A stretch of 41,784 nt of DNA from Chiloscyllium plagiosum (Eukaryota): NCBI RefSeq assembly GCF_004010195.1, contig NW_025214668.1:6652-48435 (forward strand), in the 5' to 3' direction. The notes beneath the pieces were generated by a model. The model was not told the origin of the DNA and ran no database searches. It worked only from the letters and a program-made list of their open reading frames with translations. Below are positions 1-15,000 of the stretch, in pieces. Made by a program: the position numbers and the translations under genes. Each line of letters starts with the position of its first letter. Position 1 is the stretch's first letter.

Positions 1-3000
1 TGTAGATCAGCCTTGATCACAGTGAGTATGGGATCAGCCATAGTCTCAGTGAGTCGGAGATCAGCCATGTTCTCAGTGAGTAGGAGGTCAACCATGATAT
101 CAGTGACAAGGGGATGAGCCATGGTCTCAATGAATAGAAGGTCAACCATGATATCAGTGACTAGGGGATCAGCCATGGTCTCAGTAAATAGGGAATCGGC
201 CATGATCTCAGTGCGTAGGAGGTCAGCCATGGTCTCACTGAGTAGGGGAATCAGACATGGTCACAGTGAGTAGGGTATCAGCCATTACCTCAGTGAGTAG
301 GAAATCAGCCATGGTCTAAATACGTAGGGGATCAGCCATGATATCAGTGAGTAGGAAATCAGCCATGATATCAGTGAATAGGGAATCAGCCATGGTCTCA
401 GTGAGTAGGTGGCCAGCCATGGTCACAGTGAGTAGGGAATCAGCCACGGTCTCAGTGAGTAGAGGCTCTGCCATGGTCTCAGTGAGTAGGGAATCAGCCA
501 TGATCTCAGTGAGTAGAGGATCAGCCATGATCTCAGTGAGTAGGAGGTCAGCCATGATCTCAGTGAGTAGGAGGTCAGACATGATCTTCGTGAGAAGGGG
601 ATCAGCCATGGTCTCAGTGAGTAGGGGATCACCATGATCTTAGTGAGTAGGGAATTAGCCATTGTCTCAGTGAGTTGGGAATCAGTCATGTTCTCAGTGA
701 GTCGGGGATCATCCATGGTCGCAGTGAGTAGGGTATCAGCCATGATCTCAGTGAATAGGAAATCAGCCATTGTCTCAATGCATAGGGGATCAGCCATGAT
801 ATCCGTGAGTAGGAAATCAGCCATGATATCTGTGAATAGGGAATCAGCCATGGTCTCAGTGATTAGGTGGCCAGCCATGGTCTCAGTGAGTAGGGGATCA
901 GCCATGATCTCAGTGAGTCGGGGATCAGCCATGATCTCAGTGAGTCGGGGATCAGCCATGACCTCAGTGAGTAGGGGGTCAGCCATGATCTCAGTGAGTA
1001 GGGGATCAGGCATGATCTCAGTGAGTAGGGAATCAGCCATGATCTCAGTGAGTAGGGGATAAGCCATGATCTCAGTGAGTCGGGAATCAGCCATGATCTC
1101 AGTGAGTAGGAGGTCAGACATGATATCAGTGAGTAGGAGGTCAGCCGTGATATCAGTGAGTATGGAATCAGCCATGGTCTCGGTGAGTAGGAGGTCAACC
1201 GTGATATCAGTGACTCGGGGATCAGCCATGATCTTAGTGAGTAGGAGGTGAACCATGATATCAGTGACTAGGGGATCAGCCATGATGTCAGTGTGTAGGA
1301 AGTCAGCCATGATATCAGTGACTAGGGGATCAGCCATGGTCTCAGTGAGTAGGGGATCAGTCATGATCTCAGTGAGTAGGGATTCAGCCATGGTCTCAGT
1401 GAGTAGGGAATAGCGATGGTCTCAGTGTGTACGGGATCAGATATGATCTCCGTGAGTAGCAGATCAACCATAGTCTCCGTAAGTCGGAGTTCAGCCATGA
1501 TCTCAGTGAGTCGGTGATCAGCCATGGTCTCAGTGAGTAGGGGATCAGACATGATCTCAGTGAATCGGGGATCAGCCAGTGTCTCAGTGAATCGGGGATC
1601 AGCCATGACCTCAGTGAGTAGGGGGTCAGCCATGATCTCAGTGAGTAGGGAATCAGCCATGATCTCAGTGAGTAGGGGATCAGCCATGATCTCAGTGAGT
1701 AGGGGATCAGCCATTATCTCAGTGAGTAGGAGGTCAGCCATGATATCAGTGCGTAGGAGGTCAGCCATGTTCTCAGTGAGTAGGAGGTCAGCTGTAGGAA
1801 ATATCAGTGAGTAGGATATCAGTGAGTAGGAAATAAGCCATGATATCTGGAATAGGGAATCAGCCATGGTCTCAGTGAGTAGGTGGCTAGCCATGGTCAC
1901 AGTGACTAGGGATTCAGCCACGGTCTCAGTGAGTAGGGATTTAGCAAAGCTCTCTTTGCGTAGGGGATCAGCTGTGGTCTGAGTGAGTAGGGGATCAGCC
2001 ATGATCTCAGTGAGTAGGGGATCAGCCATTGTCTCAGTGAGTAGGGGATCAGCCATGATCTCAGTCAGTAGGAGGTCAGCCATGATATCAGTGACTAGGG
2101 GATCATGCATGATCTCAGTGAGTAGGGAATCAGCGATGGTCTCAGTGTGTACGGGATCAGATATGATCTCCGTGTGTATCAGATCAACCATAGTCTGCGT
2201 AAGTCGGAGTTCAGCCATGATCTCAGTGAGTCGGTGATCAGCCATGGTCTCAGTGAGTAGGGGATCAGCCATGATCTCAGTGAGACGGGGATCAGCATGA
2301 TCTCAGTGAGTCGGGGATCAGCCATTACCTCAGTGAGTAGGGGATCAGCCATGATCTCAGTGAGTAGGGAATCAGCCATGATCTCAGTGAGTAGGGGATC
2401 AGCCATGATCTCAGTGAGTAGGGGATCAGCCATGATCTCAGTGAGTCGGGATTCAGCCATGGTCTCAGTGAGTAGGCGTTCAGACATGGTCTCAGTGAGT
2501 AGGGGATCAGCCGTGATCTCAGTGACTAGGGGATCAGCCATGATCTCAATGAGTCGCAGATCAGACATGTTCTCAGTGAGTAGGAGTTCAACCATGATAT
2601 CAGTGACTTAGGGATCAGCCATGATCTCTGTGAGTAGGGGATCAGCCATGATCTTAGTGAGTAGGGGATTAGCCATTGTCTCAGTGTGTACGGGATCAGA
2701 TATGATCTCCGTGAGTAGCAGATCAACCATAGTCTGCGTAAGTCGGAGTTCAGCCATGATCTCATTGAGTCGGTGATCATCCAAGGTCTCAGTGAGAAGG
2801 GGAGCAGCCATGATCTCAGTGAGTAGGGAATCAGCGACGATCTCAGTGAGTAGGGAATCAGCGACGGTCTCAGTGTGTACGGGATCAGCCATGACCTCAG
2901 TGAATAGGGAATCAGACATGATCTCAGTGAGTAGGGGATCAGCCATGATCTCAGTGAGTAGGGAATCAGCCATGATCTCAGNNNNNNNNNNNNNNNNNNN

Positions 3001-6000
3001 NNNNNNNNNNNNNNNNNNNNNNNNNNNNNNNNNNNNNNNNNNNNNNNNNNNNNNNNNNNNNNNNNNNNNNNNNNNNNNNNNNNNNNNNNNNNNNNNNNNN
3101 NNNNNNNNNNNNNNNNNNNNNGTAGGGGATCAGCCATGATTTCCGTGAGTCGGGGATCAGCCATGGTCTCAGTGAGTAGGGGATCAGCCATGATTTCCGT
3201 GAGTAGGGGATCAGCCATGATCTCAGTGATTAGGGGATCAGCCATGATCTCAGTGAGTCGGGAATCAGCCATGATCTCAGTGAGTAGGAGTTCAGCCATG
3301 ATCTCAGTGAGTAGGGGGATCAGCCATGAGCTCAGTGAGTAGGAGGTCAGCCATGATCTCAGTGAGTAGGAGGTCAGACATGATCTTAGTGAGTAGGGGA
3401 TCAGCCATGGTCTCAGTGAGTAGGGGATCAGCCGTGATCTCAGTGAGTAGGGGATCAGCCATGATTTCAGTGAGTCGGAGATCAGCCATGTTCTCCGTGC
3501 GTAGGAGTTCAACCATGATATCAGTGACTAGGGATCAGCCATGGTCTCAGTGAGTAGGGGATCAGCCATGATCTTAGTGAGTAGGGGATTAGCCATTGTC
3601 TCAGTGAGTTGGGGTTCATCCATGGTCTCAGTGAGTAGGGGATCATCCATGGTCGCAGTGAGTAGGGGATCAGCCATGGTCTCAGTGAGTAGGAAATCAG
3701 CCATGATTTCAGTGAATAGGGAATCAGCCATGGTCTCAGTGAGTAGTTGGCCAGCCATGGTCACAGTGAGTAGCGAATCAGCCACGGTCTCAGTGAGTAG
3801 AGGATCTGCCATGGTCTCAGTGAGTAGGAGGTCAGCCATGAACTCACTGAGTAGGAGGTCAGACATGATCTTCGTGAGAAGTGGATCAGCCATGGTCTCA
3901 GTGAGTAGGGGATCAGCCATGACCTTAGTGAGTAGTGGATTAGCCATGGTCGCAGTGAGTCGGGGATCAGCAATGATCTCAGTGAGTCGGGGATCAGCCA
4001 TGGTCTCAGTGAGTCGGGGATCAGCCATGGTCTCAGGGAGTAGGGGATCAGCCATGATCTCCGTGAGTAAGGAATCAGCCATGATGTCAGTGAGTAGGGG
4101 ATCAGCCATGATCTCAGTGAGTAGGGAATCAGCCATGATCTCAGTGAGTAGGGGATCAGCCATGATCTCAGTGAGTCGGGAATCAGCCATGATCTCAATG
4201 AGTAGGAGGTCAGCCATGATCTCAGTGAGTAGGGGGATCAGCCATGATCTCAGTGAGTAGGAGGTCAGCCATGATCTCAGTGAGTTGTAGGTCAGACATG
4301 ATCTTAGTGAGTAGGGGATCAGCCATGGTCTCAGTGATTAGGGGATCAGCCGTGATCTCAGTGCGTAGGGGAGCAGCCATGATCTCAGTGAGTAGGGGAT
4401 CAGCCGTGATCTCAGTGAGTAGGGGATTAGCCATGATCTCAGTGAGTCGGAGATCAGCCATGTTCTCCGTGAGTAGGAGTTCAACCATGATATCAGTGAC
4501 TCGGGATCAGCCATGGTCTCAATGAGTAGGGGATCAGCCATGATCTTAGTGAGTAAGGGATTAGCCATTGTCTCAGTGAGTTGGGGATCATCCATGGTCT
4601 CAGTGAGTAGGGGATCATCCATGGCCGCAGTGAGTAGGGGATCAGCCATGATCTCAGTGAGTAGGGAATCATCATCGTCTCAGGGAGTAGGGGATTAGCA
4701 ATGCTCTCTTTGAGTTGGGGATCAGCCATCGTCTCAGGGTGTCGGGGATCAGGCATGATCTCAGTGAATTGTAGACCACGTTCTCAGTGAGTAGGAAGTC
4801 AACCATGATATCAGTGACGACGGGATCAGCCATGGTCTCAGTAAATAGGGGATCGGCCATGATCTCAGTGAGTACGAGGTCAACCATGATATCAGTGACT
4901 AGGGGATCAGCCATGGTCTCAGTGAGTAGGAGGTCAACCATGATATCAGTGACTAGGGGATCAGCCATGTTCTCAGCGAGTCAGAGATCAACCACGTTCT
5001 CAGTGAGTAGGAAGTCAACCATGATATCAGTGACGACGGGATCAGCCATGGTCTCAGTAAATAGGGGATCGGCCATGATCTCAGTGAGTACGAGGTCAAC
5101 CATGATATCAGTGACTAGGGGATCAGCCATGGTCTCAGTGATTAGGAGGTCAACCATGATATCAGTGACTCGGGGATCAGCCATGGTCTCAGTGAGTAGG
5201 AGGTCAACCATGATATCAGTGACTAGGGGATCAGCCATGGTCTCAGTGAGTAGGAGGTCAACCATGATATCAGTGACTNTAGGGAATCAGCCATGGTCTC
5301 AGTGAGTAGGTGGCCAGCCATGGTCACAGTGAGTAGGGAATCAGCCACGGTCTCAGTGCATAGGGGTTTAGCAATGTTCTCAGTGAGTAGGCGATCAGCC
5401 ATGATCTCAGTGAGTAGGGGATCTGCCATGGTCTCAGTGAGTAGGGGATCAGCCATAGTCTAAGTGAGTAGGGGATCAGCCATGAACTCAGTGAGTAGGA
5501 GGTCAGCCATGATATCAGTGACTAGGGGATCAGCCATGGTCACAGTAAGTAGGGGATTTGCAATGCTCTCAGTAAGTCGGAGGTCAGCCATGATCTCAAT
5601 GAGTCGGGGATCAGCCATGGTCTCAGTGAGTCGGAGATCAGCTATGATTTCAGTGAGTAGGGGATCAGCCATGATCTCAGTGAGTAGGTGATCAGCCATG
5701 ATATCAGTGAGTAGGGAATCAGCCATGGTCTCAGTGAGTAGGGGATTAGCAACGCTCTCAGTGAGGAGGGGATCAGCCATGGTTTCAGGGAGTAGGGGAT
5801 CAGCTAGGATCTCTGTGGATAGCAGATCAACAATAGTCTCAGTAAGTGGGAGGTCAGCCATGATCTCAGTGAGTCGGGGATCATGCATGGTCTCAGTGAG
5901 TAGGGGATCAGCCATGATCTCAGTGAGTAGGTCAGGCGTGATATCAGTGAGTAGGGGATCAGCCATGTTCTCAGTGAGTATGAGGTCAACCATGATATCA

Positions 6001-9000
6001 GTGAGTAGGGGATCAGCCATGATGTCAGTGAGTAGGAGATCAGACATGATCTCAGTGCGTAGGGCATCAGCCATGATCTCAGTGAGTTGGAGATCAGCCA
6101 TGGTGTCAGTGAGTAGGGAAACAGCGATGGTCTCAGTGTGTACGGGATCAGATATGATCTCCGTGGGTTGCAGATCAACCATAGTCTCCGCAAGCCGGAG
6201 TTTAGCCATAGTCTCAGTGAGTAGGGGATCAGCCATGGTCTCAGTGAGTAGGGGATCAGCCATGATCTCAGTGAGTAGGAGGTCAGGCGTGATATCAGTG
6301 AGTAGGGGATCAGCCATGATCTCAGTGAGTATGCGGTCAACCATGATATCAGTGACTAGGAGATCAGCCATGATGTCAGTGAGTAGGAATTCAGCCATGA
6401 TCTCAGTGAGTCGGGGATCAGCCATGATCTCAGTAAGTAGGGGATCAGCCATGATCTCAGTGAGTAGGGAATCAGCCACGATCTCAGTGTGTACGGGATC
6501 AGATATGATCTCTGCAGGTAGCAGATCAACCATAGTCTCTGTAAGTCGGAGGTCAGCCATGATCTCAGTGAGTAGGAGGTCAGCCATGATCCCAGTGAGT
6601 AGGAGGTCAGACATGATCCCAGTGAGTAGGAGGTCAGACATGATATCAGTGACTAGGGGATCAGCCATGGTCTCAGTGAGTCGGAGATCAGCCATGCTCT
6701 CAGTGAGTATGAGGTCAACCATGATATCAGTGACTAGGGTCGGCCGTGGTCTCAGTAAGTTTTAGATCAGCCATGATGTCTGTGATTTGGAGATCAGACA
6801 TGATCTCAGTGAGTAGGGGATCAGGCATGATCTCAGTGAGTTGGAGATCAGCCATGGTGTCAGTGAGTAGGGAATCAGCGATGGTCTCAGTGTGTATGGG
6901 ATCAGATAGGATATCCGTGGGTCGCAGATCAACCATAGTCTCCGTAAGTCGGAGTTCAGCCATGATGTCAGTGAGTCGAGGATCAGCCGTGGTCTCAGTG
7001 AGTAGGGGATCAGCCATGATCTCAGTGAGTAGGGGATCAGCCATGACCTCAGTGAGTGGGAATCAGCCATGATCTCAGTGTGTACGGGATCAGATATGAT
7101 CTCTGTGGGTAGCAGATCAACCATAGTCTATGTAAGTCAGAGGTCAGCCATAATCTCAGTGAGTCGGGGAACAGCCATGGTCTCAGTGAGTCGGGGATCA
7201 GCCATGGTCTCAGTGAGTAGGGTATCAGACATGATCTCAGTGAGTAGGAGGTCAGACATGATCTTAGTGAGTAGGGGATCAGCCATGGTCTCAGTGAGTA
7301 GGGGATCAGCCATGACCTCAGTGAGTCGGGAATCACCATGGTCTCAGTGAGTAGGAGGTCAGCCATGATCTCAGTGAGTAGGGGATCAGCCATGATCTCA
7401 GTGAGTCCGGGATCAGCCATGGTCTCAGTGAGTAGGAGGTCAGCCATGATCTCAGTGATTTGGAGATCCGCCATGATCTCAGTGAGTTGGAGATCAGCCA
7501 TAATCATAGTGAGTAGGGGATCAGCTGTGATCTCAGTGAGTTGGAGATCAGCCATTTTCTCAGTGTGTAGGAGGTCAACCACGATAGCAGTGAGTAGGGA
7601 ATCAGCCATGATTCCCGACTCACTGAATCCGCCATGATTTCAGCGAGTAGGGGATCAGCCATGATCTCACCGCGTACTGGATCAGCCATTATCTCAGTGA
7701 GGAGGAGATCAGCCTTGATCATAGTAAGTAGGAAATCAGCTATGATCTCAGTGATTGGTGATCAGCCATGGTCTCAGTGAGTAGGGGATTAGCCATGGTT
7801 TCAGTGAGTAAGAAATCAGCCATCATCGTAGTGAGTAGGGGATCAGCCATGGTATCAGTGAGTAGGGGGTCAGCCATGATCTCAGGGACTGAAGATCAGC
7901 CATGATGTCAGCGAGTAGGGGATCAGCCATAATCTCACCGAGTAGCGGGTCCGCCATGATCTCAGTGAGGAGGAGATCAGCCTTGATATCAGTGAGTAGG
8001 AGATCAGCCATGGTCTCAGTGAGTAGGGGATCAGCCATGATCTCAGTGAGCCGGGGATCACCATGGTCTCAGTGAGTAGGGGATCAACTATGATCTCAGT
8101 GAGTAGGAGGTCAGCCATGATCTCAGTGAGTAGGGGATCAGCCATGATCTCAGTGAGTCGGAGATCAGCCATGATCTCAGTGAGTAGGGGATCAGCCATG
8201 ATCTCAGTGAGTAGGAGGTCAGCCATGATCTCAGTGAGTAGGAGGCCAGGCATGATGTTAGTGAGTAGGAGGTCAGCCATGATCTCAGTGATTTGGAGAT
8301 CAGCCATGATCTCAGTGAGTTGGAGATCAGCCATAATCATAGTGAGTAGGGGATCAGCCGTGATCTCAGTGCGTAGGAGGTCAACCATGATCTTCGTGGG
8401 TAGCAAATCAACCATAGTCTCAGTAAGTCGGATGTCAGCCATGATCTCAATGAGTCGGGGATCAGCCATGGTCTCAGTGAGTTGGAGATCAGCGATTTTC
8501 TCAGTATGTAGGAGGTCAACCATGATCTCAGTGAGTAGGGAATCCGCCATGATCTCAGCGAGTAGGGGATCAGCCATGATCTCACCGCACACAGGATCAG
8601 CCATGATCAGCCATGGTCTCAGTGAGTAGGGGATTAGCAATGCTCTCAGTGAGTAGGAGATCAGCCATGATCTCAGTGAGTAGAGGTTCAGCTATGATCT
8701 TCGTGGGTAGCAGATCAACCATAGTCTCAGTAAGTCGGATGTCAGCCATGACCTCAATGAGTCGGGGATCAGCCATGGTCTCAGTGAGTGGAGATCAGCC
8801 ATTTTCTCAGTGTGTAGGAGGTCAACCATGATATCAGTGTGTAGGGGATCAGCCATTGTCTCAGTGAGTAGGGAATCCGCCATGATCTCAGCGAGTAGGG
8901 GATAAGCCATGATCTCCCCGCATAGTGGATCAGCCATGATCTCAGTGAGGAGGAGATCAGCCTTGATCTTAATGAGTAGGGGATCAGCCATGATCTCAGT

Positions 9001-12000
9001 GAGGAGGGAATCAACCATGATCACAGCGAGTACGAGTTCAGCCATGATATCAGTGAGTCGGATATCAGCCATTTTCTCAGTGAGTAGATGGTCAACCATG
9101 ATCTCAGTGACCTGGGATTCAGCCATGATCTCAATGAGTAGGAGATAAGCCATGATCTCAATGAGTAGGGCATCAGCCATGATCTCAGTGGGTTGGAGAT
9201 CAACTATGATCTCAGTGAGTACGGGATCAGCCATGACCTCAGTGAGTAGGGGATGAGCCATGATCTCAGTGAGTTGGTGAACAGCCATGACCGCATGAGG
9301 AGGACATCAACCATGATCACCGTGAGTACGAGTTCAGCCATGATATCAGTGAGTTGGATTTCAGCCATTTTCTCAGTGAGTCGGAGGTCAACCATGACCT
9401 TCGTAGCAGATCAAGCATAGTCTCAGTAAGTCGGGCGTCAGCCATGATCTCAATGAGTCGGGGATCAGCCATTCTCTCAGTGAGTCGGGCTTCAACAATG
9501 GCCTCATTGAGTCGGAGGTTAACCATGATCTGAGTGAGTTGCAGATCAGCCATGATCTCAGTAACTTGGGGACCTGCTATGATCTCAGTGAGTTGGTGAT
9601 CAGCCATGATCTCAGTGAGTAGGGGATCAGCAATGCTCTCAGTGAGTAGGAGATCAGCCATGGGATCAGCCATGGTCTCAGTGAGTTGGAGGTCAGCGAT
9701 TTTCTCAGTGTGTAGGAGGTCAACCATGATCACAGTGAGTAGGGAATCAGCCATGATCTCAGTGAGTAGGGAATCCGCCATGATCTCAGCGAGTAGGGGA
9801 TCAGCCATGATCTCACCGCATACAGGATCAGCCATGATCAGCCATGGTCTCCGTGAGTAGGGGATTAGCAATGCTCTCAGTGAGTAGGAGATCAGCCATG
9901 ATCTCAGTGAGTAGAGGTTCAGCTATGATCTTCGTGGGTAGCAGATCAACCATAGTCTCAGTACGTCGGAGATCAGCCATGATCCCAATGAGTCGGGGAT
10001 CAGCCATGGTCTCAGTGAGTTGGAGATTACCCATTTTCTCAGTGTGTAGGAGGTCAACCATGACATCAGTGACTAGGGAATCAACCATGATCTCAGGGTG
10101 TAGGGAATCCGCCATGATCTCAGCGAGTAGGAGATCAGACATGATCTCGCAGCATAGTGGATCAACCATGATCTCAGTGAGGTGGAGATCAGCCTTGATC
10201 TTAGTGAGTAGGAGATCAGCCATGATCTCAGTGATTAGGAGATCAGCCATGATTTCAGTGAGTAGGGGATTAGCCATCATCTCAGTGAGTAGGGGATCAG
10301 CCATGATCTCAGTGAGTAGGAGGTCAGCCGTGATATCAGTGAGTACGAGATCAGCCATGATCTCAGTGAGTCAAAGATCAGCCATGTTCTCAGTGAGTAG
10401 GAGGTCAACCATGATATCAGTGACTAGGGGATCTGCCATGGTCTCAGTAAGTTTTAGATCAGCCATGATGTCAGTGAGTAGGAGATCAGCCATGATCTCA
10501 GTGAGTAGGGGATCATTCATGATCTCAGTGAGTAGTGGATCAGCCATGGTCTCAGTGAGTAGGTTATCAGCCATGATCTCAGTGAGTAGGAGATAAGCCA
10601 AAATCTCAATGAATAGGGCATCAGCCATGATCTCAGTGAGTTGGAGATCAACTATGATCTCAGTGAGTACGGGATCAGCCATGACCTCAGTGAGTAGGGG
10701 ATGAGCCATGATCTCTGTGAGTTGGTGATCAGCCATGATCTCAGTGAGTTGGTGAACAGCCATGATCGCATGAGGAGGACATCAACCATGATCACAGTGA
10801 GTACGAGTTCAGTCATGATATCAGTGAGTCGGATTTCAGCCATTTTCTCAGTGAGTAGGAGGTCAACCATGATCTTCGTAGCAGATCAACCATAGTCTCA
10901 GTAAGTCGGATGTCAGCCATGATCTCAATGAGTCGGGGATCAGCCATGGTCTCAGTGAGTAGGGAATCAGCCATGGTCTCAGTGAGTAGGGGATTAGCAA
11001 TGCTCTCAGTGAGTAGGAGATCAGCCATGATTTCAGTGAGTAGGGGATCAGCCATGATCTCAGTGAGTAGGGGGTCAACCATGATCTTCGTGGGTAGCAG
11101 ATCAACCATAGTCTCAGTAAGTCGGATGTCTGAGTCGGGGATCAGCCATGGTCTCAGTGAGTTGGAGATCAGCCATTTTCTCAGTGTGTAGGAGGTCAAC
11201 CATGATATCAGTGAGCAGGGAATCAGCCATGATCTCAGTGAGTAGGGAATCCGCATGATCTCAGCGAGGAGGTGATCAGCCATGATCTCAGTGATTGGTG
11301 ATCAGCCATAATCTCAGTGATTAGGAGATCAGCCATGATTTCAGTGAGTATCTGATTAGCCATGATCTCAGTGAGTCGAGGATCACCATGGTCTGAGTGA
11401 GTAGGGGATCAGCCATGATCTCAGTGAGTAGGAGGTCAGCCATGATCTCAGTGAGTCGGGGATCAGCCATGGTCTCAGTGAGTAGGGGATCAGCCATGGT
11501 CTCAGTGAGTAGGGAATCAGCCATGGTCTCAGTGAGTAGGGATCAGCCATGATCTCAGTGAGTCGGGGATCAGCCATCGTCTCAGGCTGTCGGGGATCAG
11601 CCATGATCTCTGTAGGCAGCAGATCAACCATAGTCTCAGTACGTTGGAGGTCGGCCATGATTTTGGTGAGTTGCGGAGCCATGGTCTCAGTGAGTAGGGG
11701 ATCAGCCATGATCTCAGGGAGTAGGGAATCAGCCATGATCTCAGTCAGTCGGAGGTCAGCATGATCTCAGGGAGTAGGGAATCAGCCATGATCTCAGTGA
11801 GTAGGAGGTCAGCCGTGGTCTCAGTGATTCGGGAATCAGCCATGGTCTCAGTGAGTAGGGTATCAGCCATGATATCAGTGAGTAGGGAATCAGCCAATGT
11901 TCTCAATGCGTAGGGGATTTGCCATGATAACAGTGAGTAAGAATTCGGCCATGGTCTCAATGCATATGGGGATCAGCCATGATCTCATTGAGTAGGGAAT

Positions 12001-15000
12001 CAGCCATGGTCTCAGTGAGTAGGGGATCAGCCATGATATCAGTGAGTAGGGAATCAGCCATGGTCTCAGTGAGTAGGGGATCAGCCATGGTCTCAGTGAG
12101 TCGGGGTTCAGCCATGGTCTCAGTGAGATGGAGCTCAGCCATAATCTCAGTGAGTAGGGGATCAGCCATGATCACAGTGATTAGGGAATCAGCCATGATC
12201 ACAGTGAGTAGGGGATCAGCCATGGTCTCAGTGAGTAGGGCATCAGCCATGATCTCAGTGATTAGGAGATCAGCCATGATTTCAGTGAGTAGGGATCAGC
12301 CATGGTCACAGTGAGTAGGAGATCAGCCATGATTTCGGTGAGTAGGGAATTTGCCATGGTCTCAGTGAGTAAGGGAACAGCCATGATCTCAGTGAGTAGG
12401 GGATCAGCCAACATCTCATTGGGTTTGGTCCAGCCATGATCTCAGTGAGTAGGGAATCAGCCATGATCTCAGTGTGTAGGACATCAGACATGGTCTCAGT
12501 GAGTTGGAACTCAGCCATGATCTCAGTGAGTAGGGGTCATCCATGATCTCAGTGAGTAGGGCAACCGCCATGGTATCAGTGAGTAGGAGACCAGCCATGA
12601 TCTCAGTGAGTTAGTGATCAGCCATGATCTCAGTAAGTGGTGCATCAACAATGGTCTCAATGCGTAGGAGGTTATCCATGATCTGAGTGAGTAGGAGATC
12701 AGCCATGATCTCAGTGAGTTAGTGATCAGCCATCCTCTCAGTGAGTAGGGCATCAACAATGGTCTCAATGAGTAGGAGGTTATCCATGATCTGAGTGAGT
12801 AGGAGATCAGCCATGATCTTAGTAACTTGGGGACCAGCCATGATCTCAGTGAGTAGGGGATCAGCCATAGTCTCAGTGAGTTGGAGATCAGCCAGGATCT
12901 CAGTGAGTAAATCAGCCATGATCTCAATGAGTAGGGAATACACCATGATCTCAGTAACTTGGGGACCAGCCATGCTCTCAGTGAGTAGGGGATCAGCCAT
13001 GGCCACAGTGAGTAAGAGATCAGCCATGAACTCAGTGAGTAAGGGATCAGCCATGGTCTCAGTGAGTAGGGATCAGACATGATCTCAGTGAGTAGGGTAT
13101 CAGCCATGTTCTCAGTGAGTAGGGGATCAGCCATGACCTCAGTGAGTAGGGGATCAGCCATGGTCTCAGTGAGTAGGGAATCAGCCATGATCTCAGTGAG
13201 TAGGAGTTCAGCCATGATCTCAATGAGTAGGGGATCAGCTATAATCTCAATGAGTAGGGGATTAGCCATGATCTCAGTGAGTAGGAGCTCAGCCATGATC
13301 TCAGTGATCAGGAGATCAGCCATGATTTCAGTGTGTACGGGATCAGCCATGTTCTCAGTGAGTAGGGGATCAGCCATGACCTCAGTGAGTAAGGGATCAG
13401 GCATGGTCTCACTGAGTAGGGGATCAGCCATGATATCAGTGAGTAAGGATCAGCCATGGTCACAGTGAGTAGGAGATCATCCATGATTTCAGTGAGTAGG
13501 GAATCTGCCATGATCTCAGTGAGTAGGGGAACAGCCATGATCTCAATGAGTAGGGGATCAGCCAACATCTCAGTGAGTAGGGGTCCAGCCATGATCTCAG
13601 TGAGTAGGGAATCAGCCATGATCTCAGTGAGTAGGACATCAGACATGGTCTCAGTGAGTTGGAGCTCAGCCATAATCACAGTGAGTTAGTGATCGGCCAT
13701 CCTATCAGTGAGTAGGGCATCAACAATGGTCTCAATGAGTTGGAGGTTAACCATGATCTGAGTGAGTAGGAGATCAGCCATGATCTCAGTAACTAGTGGA
13801 CCAGCCATGATCTCAGTGAGTAGGGGATCAGCCATGGTCTCAGTGAGTACGAGATCAGTCATGATCTCAGTGAGTTGGAGATCAGCCATAATCTCAGTGT
13901 GTAGATCAGCCATGATCTCAATGAGTAGGGGATTAGCCATGATCTCAGTGAGTAGGAGATCAGCCTGGATCTCAGTGATTAGATCAGCCATGATCTCAAT
14001 GAGTAGGGAATCCACCATAATCACAGTATCATTTGGGACCAGCCATGCTCTCAGTGAGTAGGGGATCAGCCATGGGATCAGTGATTACGATCAGCCATGA
14101 ACTCAGTGAGTTGGAGATCAACCCTAATTTCAATGAGTAGGGGATCAGCCATGATCTCACTGATGAGGAGAACAGCCATGATCTCAGTGAGTAGGAGATC
14201 AGCCACGATCTCAGAGAGTAGGGGATCAGCCATGATCTCTGTGAGTAGGAAATCAGCCATGATCTCAGTGAGTAGGATAACAGCCAAGATCTCAGTGAGT
14301 CGAAGATCAGCCATGATCTCAGTGAATTGGGGATCACCCACGGTCTGAGTGAGGAGGGGATCAGCCATGATCACAGTGATTTGGGGATCAGACATGATCT
14401 CAGAGATTAGGGGATCCGCCATGGTCTCAGTGCGTAGGGTATCAGCCATGGTCTCAGTGAGTAGGGAATCAGCCATTGTCTCAGCGAGTAGGAGATCAGC
14501 CATGATCTCAGTGATTAGGAGATCAGCCATGATTTCAGTGAGTACGGGGTCAGCCTTGTTCTCAGTGAGTAGGGGATCAGCCATGACCTTTGTGAGTAAG
14601 AGATCTGACATGGTCTCACTTAGTAGGGGAGCAGCCATGGTCTCAGTGATTAGGAGTACGGCCATGATTTCAGTGAGTAGGAGATCAGCCATGATTTCAG
14701 TGAGTAGGGAATCTGCCATGATCTCAGTAAGTAGGGGAACAGCCATGATCTCAGTGTGTACCGGATCAGCCAACATCTCATTGAGTAGGGGTCCAGCCAT
14801 GATCTCAGTGAGTAGGGAATCAGCCATGATCTCAGTGAGTAGGACATCAGACATGGTCTCAGTGAGTTGGAGCTTAGGTATAATCTCAGTGAGTTAGTGA
14901 TCAGCCATCCTCTCAGTGAGTAGGGCATCAACAATGGTCTCAATGAGTAGGAGGTTTCCCAAGATCTGAGTGAGTAGGAGATCAGCCATGATCTCAGTAA

